From Ginkgo biloba (Eukaryota; Plantae; Ginkgophyta): DNA of 36,066 bases. The stretch is taken from assembly GCA_024626585.2 (NCBI GenBank), contig JANKJI020000004.1, positions 167,013,270 through 167,049,335 on the forward strand, written 5' to 3'. Both the position numbers and the translations under genes were made by a program. Each line of letters begins with the position of its first letter. The first letter of the stretch is position 1. Below the pieces are notes generated by a model. It searched no databases. It saw only the letters and a list, made by a program, of their open reading frames with translations, and was not told the origin of the DNA. Below, one piece after another: positions 11,663 through 23,290 of the stretch.

Positions 11663-12088
11663 TGTATCATACCTAATTAATATGTTAATAGGCCTAATTA
11701 TTGTGTTAATCATTAGGATGATGGTTAGTATTAATGATTAATTAATTAATATTAATGATAGGTCACTAGTGACAAGGTGCCTATTTATAGTAACCCTAGA
11801 GTGTACATCTATATAAGTTAGTCATTATTTGTTGTATAACATAACATTCAAGATTATTCCATTCAATTCATATTTAATTCTTCAAATATATTATTCTTTC
11901 ATGAGTACATTGTTGACAATAAATAAGGACTGCCTTATATAGACGTCAATCTTAAGGTTATTATGAATATGCACATTTTCACTAGTGACCTTTAATTAAT
12001 ATTAATTAATTATTCATTAATACTAACCATCATCCTAATGACTAACACGATAATTAAGCCTATTAACATATTAATTAGGTACGTTACA
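11663..12088 (-). repeat. Long inverted repeat (~180-bp arms, ~70-nt loop) at the 3' LTR position of the minus-strand Gypsy derivative
   Basis: 11663-11841 is the imperfect reverse complement of 11911-12088. The minus strand starts TGTAAC right after the chromodomain-FEDK terminus and ends ..ATACA. Confidence 0.9.
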
Positions 12089-12612
12089 TGCCATACTTGC
12101 TTAACTACTTTGTCCTCGAAGAATTGTTGTCGAAGTTGAGGAAATTGCTGTAAAATTACTTTGGACTTCCAAGAAGCTACTTTTGTGCATACATCATACA
12201 ATTTAATTAGAAATTCTCGAATTGTGATGGAGGATAGATTCAAGAATCAACACTAGTTTTCCTTTTTTATTGGGCATGGAAATTCTAATTTTATGCTTGA
12301 TCTAGTATGGGTTATAAAAATGAGGGCTGCAACTTTTATTATGAGATCTTTTTTGTGACGTTTTGTTATTTAGTGGATGTCGTTTATCTTGGTATTTAGT
12401 GAATTCCTTTTGGAATTTGGGATCCTCAATTGTGTCTAGTTGTAATTTTTTCTTGCATAGAGAAGAGTTGAACTGCTATGTTGGATTGCCTTTGTATTTC
12501 TTTCTGTTTTCTCAACTCCTCCATTTTGTGTGACGATGTAAAGTGTGTTATAGGGGTTGTAAGGCCTTGTAAAGTGATTATAACACAAAATGGTTTCGTA
12601 TGTTCATTTCAA
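12089..12612 (-). mobile_element. Non-autonomous chromovirus derivative, piece A: post-protease linker, GPY/F remnant, chromodomain
   Basis: IITLQGLT..EDPKFQKEFTKYQD-KRHP..KSCSPHFYNPY*IKHKI-..MPNKKGKLVLILESIL..TIREFLIK..ASWKSK..QQFPQL..FEDK. Confidence 0.85.
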
Positions 12613-12713
12613 ANNNNNNNNNNNNNNNNNNNNNNNNNNNNNNNNNNNNNNNNNNNNNNNNNNNNNNNNNNNNNNNNNNNNNNNNNNNNNNNNNNNNNNN
12701 NNNNNNNNNNNNN

Positions 12714-13971
12714 CTTAAGATGCTTTGTCCTCAAAGCATTGTTGTCGAAGTTGAGGACTTTTTTGGAAAATTACTTTGGACTCCAAGAACCATCTTCTAA
12801 GAGTAAACCTTGCCATTTAATTAAAAACTCTCAAATTGTGATGGAGTGTAATTGCTTTTCTCGTATCTATAGGATATATTCTAGAATCACCACTAATCTT
12901 CCTTCTTTGTTGGGTATGAAAATTCTAATTATGTGCTTGCTCAGATATCGGTTATAAAAATGAGGGTTGTGTCTTTTGTTATGAGATCTTTTTTACATTA
13001 TTGTCTTATTTAATGGACATCATTTATCTTGGAATTCATCAAATACATCTTTTAATTTGGGGTCCTCCGATGTATCTGCTGTAATTTTTACTTGCATAGA
13101 AAAGAGTTGAATTGCCATCTCTAATTGTCTTCATAATTCCTTCTACTTTCACAACTCCTTCATTTTGTGTGAAGATAACAAGTGTGTTGCAGGGGGGGGT
13201 AAGGCCTTGTAATATGATGTTTTGTCCCTCGTGACTATAACACCGTGCTAAGTGTACTTAACCATTGTCTCTCGAGAACCACATCTACATCGACTTTCAT
13301 CACAAAGAAATCTTCTTGTAGTCTCTAGTCTTACGAGGCATGTTATTGCTAAAATGGACATTTGTGAAGTTTCTTCTTCCATGATAAGAAGTTCTCCTAT
13401 AGGAGGTTCAATATTGGATGTATATGTGCCATGATGATCTTATGGTTCTAATACTAAGGAATACAACTAACTTGGTTTGCATGTGTGACCATCTCCTAAT
13501 TTATCCTTGAACCAATAACATAACCCTTTTTCCTAAGTTTTAATTGTTCTTGGCATGATAATATTACTTTTGTACCTTGGGCATTATTTATTTCCTTTAG
13601 AGTAAGAGACCTTGCCTCGCTTCTTTTATACTTGTTATCTTTTGATGCTCTCGGAGGATATAGTGTTCCTGGGTATTCAGAAGACCTATACCTAGACATT
13701 CTTTTCCCAAAATGAATATATTTTCCTAGCCTTAGATTGTAAGGCTTGATATTTTACTTCAAAAGATTGTGCTAGTTCTATGGCTATTGTGAGATCGATT
13801 GGTCATTGTGCCATAACATCCACCTTTATTTCAATTTGTAACCCACCAATAAACAATTCAACTTGTTGCTCGTGTGAAAGGATGGGCACCTTATAAGCTA
13901 ATTGTGTGAAGGTGTTACGATACTCAACAACACTTCCTATCAGTGGTAATTTACATAGTTAAGCAAAGTAA
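12714..13971 (-). mobile_element. Non-autonomous chromovirus derivative, piece B: gag C-half, partly deleted protease, linker, GPY/F, chromodomain
   Basis: GSVVEYRNTFTQLAY..QVELFIGGLQIEIKVDV..PIDLTIAIELAQSFE (gag); LKLRKKG knuckle region; DFFVMKVDVDVVLERQWLSTL (protease C-terminus); GQNIILQGL; ..EFLIKWQGLLLEDGSW (chromodomain). Homologous to pieces A and C. Confidence 0.9.
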
Positions 13972-14092
13972 TNNNNNNNNNNNNNNNNNNNNNNNNNNNN
14001 NNNNNNNNNNNNNNNNNNNNNNNNNNNNNNNNNNNNNNNNNNNNNNNNNNNNNNNNNNNNNNNNNNNNNNNNGAAACCTTACAACGTGATGG

Positions 14093-15674
14093 TTTGACCT
14101 TCATGAGTGTAACTAATAAAATGGTCTTTCAAATTCATGTGGAATGTTCTTAATGTACTCAAACATTGGCTTCCACGAATCACTTAAACTTTGACTTTCA
14201 TCACAAAAAAATCCTCTTTCAAAGTGACTTATTTAAATTTTAGTTTTAATTTTCTTAGGATACCTTAGCCTCTTATTTGTTGATCTCCATTATTTTTTAC
14301 ATGAAATTATAGAGTCTCTATTGGTTGCAAATGTAACATTTTTACTATTATTTGATTGATAAAATTAGGCATACTTCCTTGGCCAATTAATACAATTACT
14401 AGTTCTTTTTTTATGAATCCTCAAATTTTTAGTGTCTTTTGTCTTATGAGGCCTTCCATTACTAAAAACAACATTCATGGAGATTATGCTTCTATTTCAA
14501 GTGGTTATTCTATTAGAGAATTAATATCTATTGTGATTGGGTTACATTGTTCTTATGGTTCTATGATTCACAAGTATACCTAGCTTGGTTTGCATTTGTG
14601 GCCTTCTCCCCATTTATCCTTACATCAATAACACAATCATTTTTTTTCTAAGTTCTAACTGTTCTTGGCACAATAATATTATTTGTTTATTATGTGTATT
14701 TTTCGCTTCCTATGACATAAAAAAATTTCGTTCACTTATTTTATCTTTTGATACTGTTGGCGGTTATGATGTTCCTTAGTATTTAGAAGACCTATACCCT
14801 GACATTTTATCCCCTAGGTGTATATATTTTCGTCGCTTATATCATAAGGATTGATTTTTTTCTTTAAAGGAGCATGCTAATTCCATGGCTATCATGAGAT
14901 CGGGTGGTTAGTGTGCCATTACGTCTGCCTTTATTTTAATTTATAAACCACCAATAAGCAATTTAACTCATTGCTTGTGTGAAATGTTGGGCACCTTATA
15001 TGCCAATTTCATGAAGGCGTCACAAAACTTAACAACTCTTCCTATTTGTTGTAATTTATATAGTTGAGCAAAGTAATTATTATCCCAAGTTTCACCAAAG
15101 TTTCTTAGGAAGGTTGTAATGAATCTCGATCATGTGAGTGAATTGTCTAAATCTTCCTCCTCATGTGCCCACATCATCCACCATTTTCATGACTTTCATT
15201 TCATATGTAGTACTGCCAAAATTATCATATTCTCTTCTTGGTTTGTTAGATGCATTACCAAATATAATTTAAGCTTTTATTCCACTCTTTTGCTCTTAAG
15301 CCATTAGGAGTGGAATCAAATTTATGTATCTCAATTTTCTTTGTATGACATCGTTGTTGAGTGATATGTAAACATAATCATATGTATCCCTCTTTAGTCA
15401 TATCTTTTTTCTCTTCTAGACTTAAGTGACCCCATTCTTTAGCTATTTGTGTATATAATTGAAATCCATCCTCTTTAATCAAAGATATTTTTGACATTAA
15501 TTTATTGATCGTAGAACTTGCATGAATTATGGTATAGGTTGAATTTTTATTTAGCCCTAGAATCTTGATGATTTTTTCCATTGATTCCTTAAAAAATTTT
15601 GTGATTTCCATCTTCATTTTAGACTCCATCACTTTGGATTTTCCCAAGTCGTTCTTATCTGTAGATGATGACAT
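14093..15674 (-). mobile_element. Non-autonomous chromovirus derivative, piece C: gag plus aspartic protease
   Basis: ORF start MSSSTDKNDLG..; KWWMMW..SRFITTFLRNFG..YFAQLYKLQQIGRV..LLIGGL (Retrotrans_gag); KTLKI*GFIKKELVIVLIGQGSMPNFI (decayed VLIDSGSTHNFI); EDFFVMKV..GQTITL. Confidence 0.9.
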
Positions 15675-18112
15675 TATCTATATTTCTAGTATTTTTAGTA
15701 AAAATCCTATGCATAAACTCCTCTCCTCATGCTTCTTCTTACTCTAGAAAAATAAAAACTTATACTTCACCAAGTCTTTTTACTTAAATTAAGAATATTC
15801 ATTTAAAATATTCTAAATTTAATTTTTATCAATATCTTTGCAATAAAAATAAACCTACCAATGCTTGACGGTATGTGGATGTGCCAATGAAGATGTGATT
15901 TGTATTATTATTATATTTTTACTATTTCATATCCAGTGATCTTTGCGTGAGTCTTTGAGTTAGAGCTTCAAAAGATTGTTCTTTTTATTAACGTTAGATT
16001 TAGTTATGGAATCAACTTTTTGGTGGAACCAATCAAGTTACAAAACAAAATTGGGTCTTGTTGGTTTAGTCAAAGTATCTCAAAAGAGAACCATGAAAGT
16101 TTTTGGTATCAAATCGAGTTGCCAAATAGGGGCATTTTCAACCATGGGTTCATTTGAAATAGTTAGCCGGAGGTTTCTATCTAGGTAAGTTTGTAGAATG
16201 GTAAGTATTTATAAAGCCCTTGTTTCATATTTGTTAGAATTCATGCACAGAGAAGAGAGCACAATAAATACGTGGAAACCAATTCATATTCAAGTGAGTA
16301 ATGTCATTATAATACATCAATANNNNNNNNNNNNNNNNNNNNNNNNNNNNNNNNNNNNNNNNNNNNNNNNNNNNNNNNNNNNNNNNNNNNNNNNNNNNNN
16401 NNNNNNNNNNNNNNNNNNNNNNNNNNNNNNNNNNNNNNNNNNNNNNNNNNNNNNNNNNNNNNNNNNNNNNNNNNNNNNNNNNNNNNNNNNNNNNNNNNNN
16501 NNNNNNNNNNNNNNNNNNNNNNNNNNNNNNNNNNNNNNNNNNNNNNNNNNNNNNNNNNNNNNNNNNNNNNNNNNNNNNNNNNNNNNNNNNNNNNNNNNNN
16601 NCATTGCCATGTCATAATTCCACATCATAATTTGTGGATTCACACGCAATGCTACATCAATAGTCATATGCTATGTTGCATTGTCCTATATATCAAGTCA
16701 TATTATCACATCACGTATAATTGACACGTCACCTACCACATCAACATATGCAAAAGTCACATTTTAAAATGTTCTTGACTAAAAATAATAATATTTTAGA
16801 AAGTTGGACAATATGATATTTACATTCAATATGAGTATCTCTCAAGCATGCATTGACATGGTGGTGTATTAGAATATTTTAGGTAGATTCTTCAAGCATT
16901 TCATCATTTCTAGGTTTAACTATATAAGCTCTTCATTTTTTTCATGTCTTTTATTATTCACTACAATAAAATTAATTTTATACTTCAACTCTCCTCTAAA
17001 TAGTAATATTAAATATTAACCTACAGTCACATAATGAATAATCATTTTATCATCGAATTGCACATCATCATGGGTTATAAGTGTCATCACACTAGAAAAT
17101 ACAATAGAGAGATGCTAACCACATTTAACAAGCAAGGAACCATAGGGAAAGTGATAGAGAGTATATAAGAAAGTAATAAGAAAGAAAGAGGACTTAACAA
17201 GAAATATTAACATTAAATATAGTGGTGGAGGAAGTGGATGTGTACTGAAGACGTAGATCGATTTTAGTTCAATTTATAATGCTTTTAATAATCTACATGA
17301 TGCAATATTAGAGGTTGATATCCTAGACCTAGATATGTATACTAAGGACTTGTAGGCTGAGGTTACATCGATGGGTCTAAGATCGCATACAATTAACTCA
17401 CCACTCTATTTAGAGGTTGAAAAGAGAGTACAATTNNNNNNNNNNNNNNNNNNNNNNNNNNNNNNNNNNNNNNNNNNNNNNNNNNNNNNNGGAATGACAC
17501 GAATGGAAGTCGAGAAAGATGAGGCAAAGTAAGAGGATATAATATGAGGTGTATATAAAACTAATAATTTTATTAAATTTTAATGCTAAATTTAAATCTA
17601 TTATTTATTTAATTTTTATTTTTTATTCATATAATAGTGATTATATTTTACTACTTATTGATGATTAATTGATTACTAATAATAATAATTATATATTTAT
17701 TTAATAATTANNNNNNNNNNNNNNNNNNNNNNNNNNNNNNNNNNNNNNNNNNNNNNNNNNNNNNNNNNNNNNNNNNNNNNNNNNNNNNNNNNNNNNNNNN
17801 NNNNNNNNNNNNNNNNNNNNNNNNNNNNNNNNNNNNNNNNNNNNNNNNNNNNNNNNNNNNNNNNNNNNNNNNNNNNNNNNNNNNNNNNNNNNNNNNNNNN
17901 NNNNNNNNNNNNNNNNNNNNNNNNNNNNNNNNNNNNNNNNNNNNNNNNNNNNNNNNNNNNNNNNNNNNNNNNNNNNNNNNNNNNNNNNNNNNNNNNNNNN
18001 NNNNNNNNNNNNNNNNNNNNNNNNNNNNNNNNNNNNNNNNNNNNNNNNNNNNNNNNNNNNNNNNNNNNNNNNNNNNNNNNNNNNNNNNNNNNNNNNNNNN
18101 NNNNNNNNNNNN

Positions 18113-18830
18113 GAATACATTCGAACCAATATAAGAGATAAACATAAATAATGGATAAAATGGTTACATCTTGCAGAATACTAGTTTCATATAATGCCCC
18201 ATATATCAACAAAGATAACACCATTTCTAGAGTTATATGGAAATAGCCTACCATTAATGAGGGACTGTATTCTATAAGAGTCCAATTAGCGTAAGATAAC
18301 CTAAAGCAAGCTCAAGAGTTATTGGCAATTCTAAAAGATAAGAAATGAGGCCTGAAACAAGTAGATAAGCACTACATTGAGATATCATTCAATACTAGTC
18401 ACATGATCTTTGTAGGACTTCAATCATATATATAATTATCTCTAAAATCAAAGGAAAAAAATAAGTTCATACCAAAATTCTATGGACCCTATAATATACG
18501 TGCAAAAATTGTAGTAGTAGTCTATGTAGTAAACCTCCTTAACAAAGAACATATCCACAATATATTCATCCCATGCCTTAAGAAGCAAGTTAGTGGTCAA
18601 ATAATTCACCAAACAAATACTGATATTAAATGAAGAAGGTAAAATGGTCATTGAACTAGAAGGAATCACAAAAATTTGAGCAAAACAACTTTGATTAAAA
18701 TAAATTTGTGAGTATCATATAAAGTGGAAGAACATATTAGAGAAAGATACAACTTGGGAGTTAGAGTCCTTTAAATAGGGTCATCTAGGCTTGGAAATAC
18801 TTTAAGGGAAAAGCATTCCAAGAGAGGGGG
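18113..18830 (+). pseudogene. Ty3/Gypsy chromovirus integrase C-terminus, GPY/F and chromodomain remnant, ending in PPT
   Basis: EYIRTNIRDKHK*WIKWLHLAEY..STKITPFLELYG; KFIPKFYGPYNI; NEEGKMVIELEGI..CEYHIKWKNILEKDTTWE; PPT agagaggggg at 18821-18830. Confidence 0.92.
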
Positions 18831-18832
18831 CA

Positions 18833-19285
18833 TGTTATGTTCATAAACACAACAATGGTTTGGTAAGTGAAAATGCAAGAAGCATACACATTAAGAAAAA
18901 AAGGACCCTTAATCAACTAAGTTAAGCCTTCTCAATAACTCCAAGCTAGAGTAAGGATGCTTGAGTTCTAATCATTAAGGTGCATTTGGGGCTTAAGCAA
19001 TGACCTCAAATGACACAACAATGGCCTAATGGAAGTTGCATAACTTTAAGCTATTAAATGTACTCAACTTCCTCTCATTTCTCATAATCCATTTTTAACA
19101 TTTTCTACTTGTCTTCTACTTAGAAGAAGAGCCCTTAGGAAGCAATAGTTTTTCTTCCTTTCTCTAAGTCATCCCTATCACTCTTTTTATACCTTCTCTC
19201 TCTTAGATATTGGGTGTTTTCTCTTTCTCTTTCTCTTGCTCGTTGTAATTTATGACCTTTAAATTGATTAGTATGACTAGAAACA
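18833..19285 (+). repeat. 3' LTR of the nested chromovirus (~453 bp)
   Basis: Starts TGTT two bases after the PPT. Ends ..tatgactagaAACA, an imperfect terminal inverted match to tgttatgttcata. hAT-like sequence resumes afterwards. Confidence 0.7.
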
Positions 19286-19819
19286 TTAAAATATTATTGA
19301 TGAGTTATATTGTATTCCATATATTTTGGTGTAAACCATAAACATGTCTTCTAATGCCATATTATTATAATAATATGTCAAAAAATGGTCTAAATTGTGG
19401 GTCATCGGTTGATTTGTGTAATGTAGTCATTCCTAGATAAATTTTCTTCAAAAAAGTTGTAAGAGAAGTTACCTACAATTTTTTTTGTAGGTAACTTACC
19501 TTCAAATTTTCTAGAAGGGAATTATTAGGAAATTATATAATGTATAAAGAAAATCATATCTTTTGCAAAGATTAACAAGTTGATTGATTGTTGATTAGAC
19601 ATAATGGTTTTTAAGGCTCATGAATAAATTTGTAAATATTAATACAAAGTAGGAGGAAATTTTTTTATTATCCAAGAAAATATTTTTTTGTATTGGAAAG
19701 GCACCTCGGTAGACTCTAANNNNNNNNNNNNNNNNNNNNNNNNNNNNNNNNNNNNNNNNNNNNNNNNNNNNNNNNNNNNNNNNNNNNNNNNNNNNNNNNN
19801 NNNNNNNNNNNNNNNNNNN

Positions 19820-20502
19820 GCCAGAGATAGATTATTGGTGGAAGTGGTGGCTTTGGTATCAGAGCCACATATGTGGCTCGTGGAGGAAGTGGTTGAAGAA
19901 AGTTAAGGAAATATTGAAAAGTTGTTGGTGGCATTGAAGAGGAATTGAATATGGCAAGGAGAGTTGCCAAAGGTGGGTTAGAAACAACTAACAAATAGTA
20001 GGAAACCTTGAAGAGACAAATGACAGAATTAGAGGAGGAAGAATGGAGGTATAGACAGAAGAAAAGGTGCCAAAATATGTTGAAGAAATTATACAAGCAT
20101 GAAGGAAAAGAAGGAATAAAAATGCTTATGAAAAGGGTGAAAATGTGAATGGAGTAGGATGAGGCACTAAGCGAAGAGATAACATATGATTATGAGGACC
20201 CAGTTGGGGATGATGATGAAACAAGTGATATGGATAGCCAATGGATACTCCGTGAAAAGGAGGTGTTGAATGTAACCATGCTTGAGGATAAGCATGAGAG
20301 AGATGTGGAAATTCATCAAGCGAATGACATTGGTGTACTAATGGAGGGGATGAGTGTAGTCACCATAGATGAGCATATGTAAGGATATAACAGAGAAAAG
20401 TTACAAAAAGTTATGAATGGAGAAGGAAAAAATTATTTAGATGCAACAAGTAGAGCAATAGAAAATTTATTACAGGTACAAGAGAATGAGGGGTTGACAA
20501 AT
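19820..20502 (+). mobile_element. LTR-element internal region: tRNA-Met PBS plus decayed acidic coiled-coil ORF (homologue of the 29594 ORF)
   Basis: TGGTATCAGAGCC at 19854-19866. From 19951, MARRVAKGGLETTNK**ETLKRQMTELEEEEWRYRQKKRCQNMLKKL aligns ungapped with MVRLVTRERVVARMRELEALRRKVEALEEEERRIRQEERIQSILRKL. Confidence 0.75.
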
Positions 20503-23290
20503 TGACGTAGGTTGAAGGGGTGGATAGGCGACTGGAAGCTTGCTTCAATGAACTCTCTTCGAATGTTCCACTCTAAGTTTCCAACCCCCACCTACCTTCT
20601 AAGACCTTTTATACACAAATGTACCCTTGTCTACGATGTCAATGAGCACCCAATCTTATCATGCTAGCAACAATGCTACTGACAACCCACAGGAATAAAG
20701 TAGTCACAAATAAAACTATTTGATTTTTTTCTACATAGAAAAACAATTTAAACCAATAGTGATACAACAACATGATTTTTTTCAACTGGAGAAACCCTCT
20801 CAAGGAATAAAACTCCACCATCGCATTAACAAGTAATCATTTTCACACATTACAACCAATTTTATAGCCTCTAAGGCCACCCTCACTAATGGAGGTGAGG
20901 GTGGCCTTAGAGGCTAGGTAATTACAGTTTATCAACAGAATTCTAGAATGGGCCACTGCTCATAATTCCCTTGAGCTGCCACCCTCGGGATGTCTTCTCG
21001 GCACTTCTTTGCTACAGTGGCTTCGATGGACTCTTCAGTGCCTCCACTTCATCAAACATTGGACGAAATCACGTCACCCACTCTTAAGCTTCCTCCCTTT
21101 GCGTTCTGCTCACTTTCTCAACCTCTATTAGATGTTATGTTTTCCTCTGGCTCGCTCTCTCAACTCTCCTTCAAATAGTTAACCACTTCAACACTTTTGG
21201 AAGCCAACCCACTGGCAAACCTTCAACTAGAAAACTCAACACTCCAACCATCCAACCAACTAGTGAACCCCTTCTCCAACTACGCCTTGGCTTTTATGCT
21301 TAAGCCTCAATGCTTCAAACGACTAGGGTTCAATGCTCATCTTTAAATCTAATGGATCAATTAGGTGACCATTTACTACTTTCAATGAATCTTATCCCTT
21401 AATGCCCTACAATGGCCTTCTGCAACTTCTTATGGTCTAGGTTCATTCTCCATAACTACTTGGTAGATGTAATACTAATGGTGCCACCTCCATCAATAAT
21501 CACCCATGTGTGTGTTAATAATGGTCCTCAATGGATGTGCCCCAAAACCCTATTTTATTATTTGTTAGGTCTATAGAGTCAAAATTTTGAATGGGCATGA
21601 CTCATAAGGGAAACCTAACTCCCTGATCTCCTGATATATTACTTTGTCATCGGGTCTGCCAACTCAGATGTCCATAGGGAAGTTGGATTCAATTCACTCT
21701 AGAAACTTTGATACCCTAATCTCTTGATATTTAAAGCCTACCTCCATTTTCATCACTTATCTTTCTTTATTTTTATTTTTATTTTTTTCCTTTTGGTCCA
21801 CAACTGGGTTATACAAATTATTGGGTCCATGGTTTTATGATCCTACCTTCTAATGTCTCAAGTTCCACCCCTAATCCTTTGATTCCCTGATAGCTAATTA
21901 AACATAGTTTATAACTCATTGAGTTTTTAGGTTTATATAAGGTGTAACCTAGTTGGTTAAGAGGCCCAAACCCTTGATCACCTAAAAGTCCAATGCCCGA
22001 TCATCTGACTTGTTGCTTCACTGTTACGCGTAGTCTTCAAAGACTCTCAGAACTGGATTTCATAAGAAGTTAGGTCTATAGGATTTTTAAGTGGTGTAAC
22101 TTCAATTCTAGTGACATGGGGCCTAATTCATCGATGATGTCAATTCTCTTCCTTTTTTAACTTACTAACGATGTTGGCCTCCANNNNNNNNNNNNNNNNN
22201 NNNNNNNNNNNNNNNNNNNNNNNNNNNNNNNNNNNNNNNNNNNNNNNNNNNNNNNNNNNNNNNNNNNNNNNNNNNNNNNNNNNAGGTGTCTAGTCAAGGG
22301 TGTTGAACCTCTGCCTCTATGAATTTTCTCAACCAATAACCTCTACAGTCAGCTACGACACTTGTCAACTCCTTCCTCAATCCCTCTAGGTAGGCACTCA
22401 CCCCAAACTCTATAATTTCTTTTTTTTTGGTTTGCTTCCAATGCTTCTACAGACACCTCAGTCCTAGGTGACTGATTCACCTTGTAATCTAGCTCAAGGG
22501 GTTTGAATCACTCATCTCACCTTCGAACCTCACAACTAAATCTCATAAAATCACACTTTAACTGGCTAGCAACCCTTTAACAATATGAATCAACACTTCC
22601 ACCAGCCAATAACCCACTAAATTTCCCTTCTATACTCAATTTATCTCCTCTTCTCTCTTCACCCTGAATATCATTCTTGGACTATGTCACTCCCTACTCT
22701 TTTGCGCATGGGTTTTTTTATGCTTGAGATTCAATGTACACCAATGACTAGGTTTCAACATCCCCTTTATCTCCAATGAATTTATTAGGTGATAATTTAC
22801 TTCGCTTAATAATGTTTAGACCTTAATGTCCTATAATGGACTTCTATGACTTCTCTTGTTCCAAGTTCATTCTTCACAGCCACTTGGTAGGTGCAATACT
22901 AAATGGTGCCACCTCTAGCAATAATCGACCATGCATGTATTAATAACAACTCTCGAAGGCTATGCCCAAAACTTTGTTTCAATCCTTGTCGAGTCCACGT
23001 AGTGAGAGTTTTAAAAAGGTGTAGGTGCAACTTACAACCACAACCTTGACTCCTTGATCTCCCGATCCTTCAATCCTTGATTAAACTCAATTTAATATCT
23101 TTGTCGGGTCTACAGGATTTATAAGCCTACCTTCCCATGTCTCGAGTTCCACCTTTGACCTTTCGATCCTCGATAGCCCAATTACCTTGGTAATTAATCC
23201 TTTTGACTTTGCTAGCACCTGACAACTTTGACCTGTGGCCAACTCCACGACGTCACACTTTAGACACACCATAGATTTGACCACTATACA
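20503..23290 (-). mobile_element. Long LTR-like repeat (possible solo LTR or two LTR pieces joined across a gap)
   Basis: TG..CA termini (tgacgtagg..accactataca). Near-matching 5-bp flanks caaat/taaat. ~21296-21560 recurs at ~22720-22990 and ~27265-27540. Non-coding. Confidence 0.55.
20865..20916. repeat. Perfect 22-bp inverted repeat with 8-nt loop
   Basis: tagcctctaaggccaccctcac-taatggag-gtgagggtggccttagaggcta. Confidence 0.97.

Larger units (their letters stand above)
16602..19718 (+). mobile_element. hAT-like derivative, copy 2, interrupted by a Gypsy insertion
   Basis: 16602-17590 aligns to 8895-9884, and 19385-19718 aligns to 9985-10315. Gypsy sequence lies between. Confidence 0.55.

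Noticed and set aside
16104-16113. PBS-like tggtatcaaa
   Set aside because: Not preceded by an LTR-terminal CA, and on the wrong strand for the adjacent gag element.
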